A stretch of DNA of 64,000 nucleotides, from the NCBI GenBank assembly GCA_045531965.1, contig JAZSFA010000097.1:7935-71934 (forward strand), in the 5' to 3' direction. The notes under the pieces are model-generated. The model made no database searches, was not told where the DNA came from, and worked only from the letters and a program-made list of their open reading frames with translations. The translations under genes were made by a program, and so were the position numbers. This DNA is from Eubacteriales bacterium. Its GTDB lineage: Bacteria; Bacillota; Clostridia; Oscillospirales; CAG-272. Positions 63,420 to 64,000 of this stretch are shown here, piece after piece (position 1 is the stretch's first letter; each line of letters opens with the position of its first letter).

Positions 63420-64000
63420 TTATTTCTGACGTATCAGTACAGGACCATAGCCCTCCTCAAGACATAAGCCTTTGATCTTCCAAACGCCGCTATCCCAGCC
63501 TAACAAATCGGTATAGAAATCGGAATCATCGTATTGATCCAGTGTTATCTCGGTCACATGATCTTCACCCGGTAGCGAAATAGCATGACCACAAGATTTC
63601 ACAAGCTTTTGTCCTTCATAGCGGTAGCAATTTACCACCTCGGAATTTTCCTGCTCTCCGATCAAGCCGCCAATGCCATAGCAGTACACAAAATCGGAAT
63701 AACCATAGCTACCTATGACATTTCCAAAAGCAAAGCAGTTTTGTATGGATGCGTCGTACGCACGACCTATAAGACCTCCTACATACACATCATCATAAAC
63801 AGAGCCACTCACATCTCCCAACGCATAGCAGTTGACCACTGTACCCGTACTTGAGCCGATAAGACCGCCTGCATATACATGATCCGCAATATACTGGAAG
63901 TTTCCGTGAGTTTCTCCCATAACGTCGCCCGTGGCATAACAATCCGCGATGCTACCCATGTTGGTCGCCACAAGTCCGCCGGCATAAGCCCCGGGATTTC
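63420..64000 (-). CDS. 3' end of a GLUG-motif-type repeat surface protein (partial)
   Basis: Repeats Y(A/V)GGL(I/V)G...I.NCYA.GDV.G; frame open to the window edge. Confidence 0.8.
   Translation of the reverse strand, partial: NPGAYAGGLVATNMGSIADCYATGDVMGETHGNFQYIADHVYAGGLIGSSTGTVVNCYALGDVSGSVYDDVYVGGLIGRAYDASIQNCFAFGNVIGSYGYSDFVYCYGIGGLIGEQENSEVVNCYRYEGQKLVKSCGHAISLPGEDHVTEITLDQYDDSDFYTDLLGWDSGVWKIKGLCLEEGYGPVLIRQK

Overview
A 64-kb bacterial chromosomal window that looks Clostridia-like (GGAGG ribosome-binding sites, sigmaA promoters, monoderm-type surface proteins). I saw no rRNA, tRNA, CRISPR array, transposase, integrase or reverse transcriptase. Two themes dominate. (1) Glycan foraging: a GH127-like lipoprotein with an AraC regulator; a GH99-like paralog pair with AraC and a Gfo/Gfo/isomerase/nagB/nagA operon; a metallo-beta-lactamase-fold/LamG lipoprotein; a membrane-anchored GH-like protein; a 1422-aa orphan lipoprotein; malQ; and a uxaC-uxuA-uxuB-GH51-eda-GH106-like-kdgK hexuronate operon. 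(2) Large modular surface proteins: a 4640-aa LRR protein, a three-gene array (1228/1243/1368 aa) and a partial GLUG-type protein. Main signals absent from the ORF track: helically phased CACCC arrays occupy the -35 position of both surface-protein loci, one directly behind a membrane-embedded LuxR regulator; two small ORFs with good RBSs bracket the giant gene; two proteins end in a Gly-Cys/TM/basic tail; two neighbouring surface genes share a ~94% identical C-terminal module; the giant protein has a low-GC central segment; there are deletion-scar pseudogenes and REP-like elements. Family calls come from motifs read by eye, with no database search.
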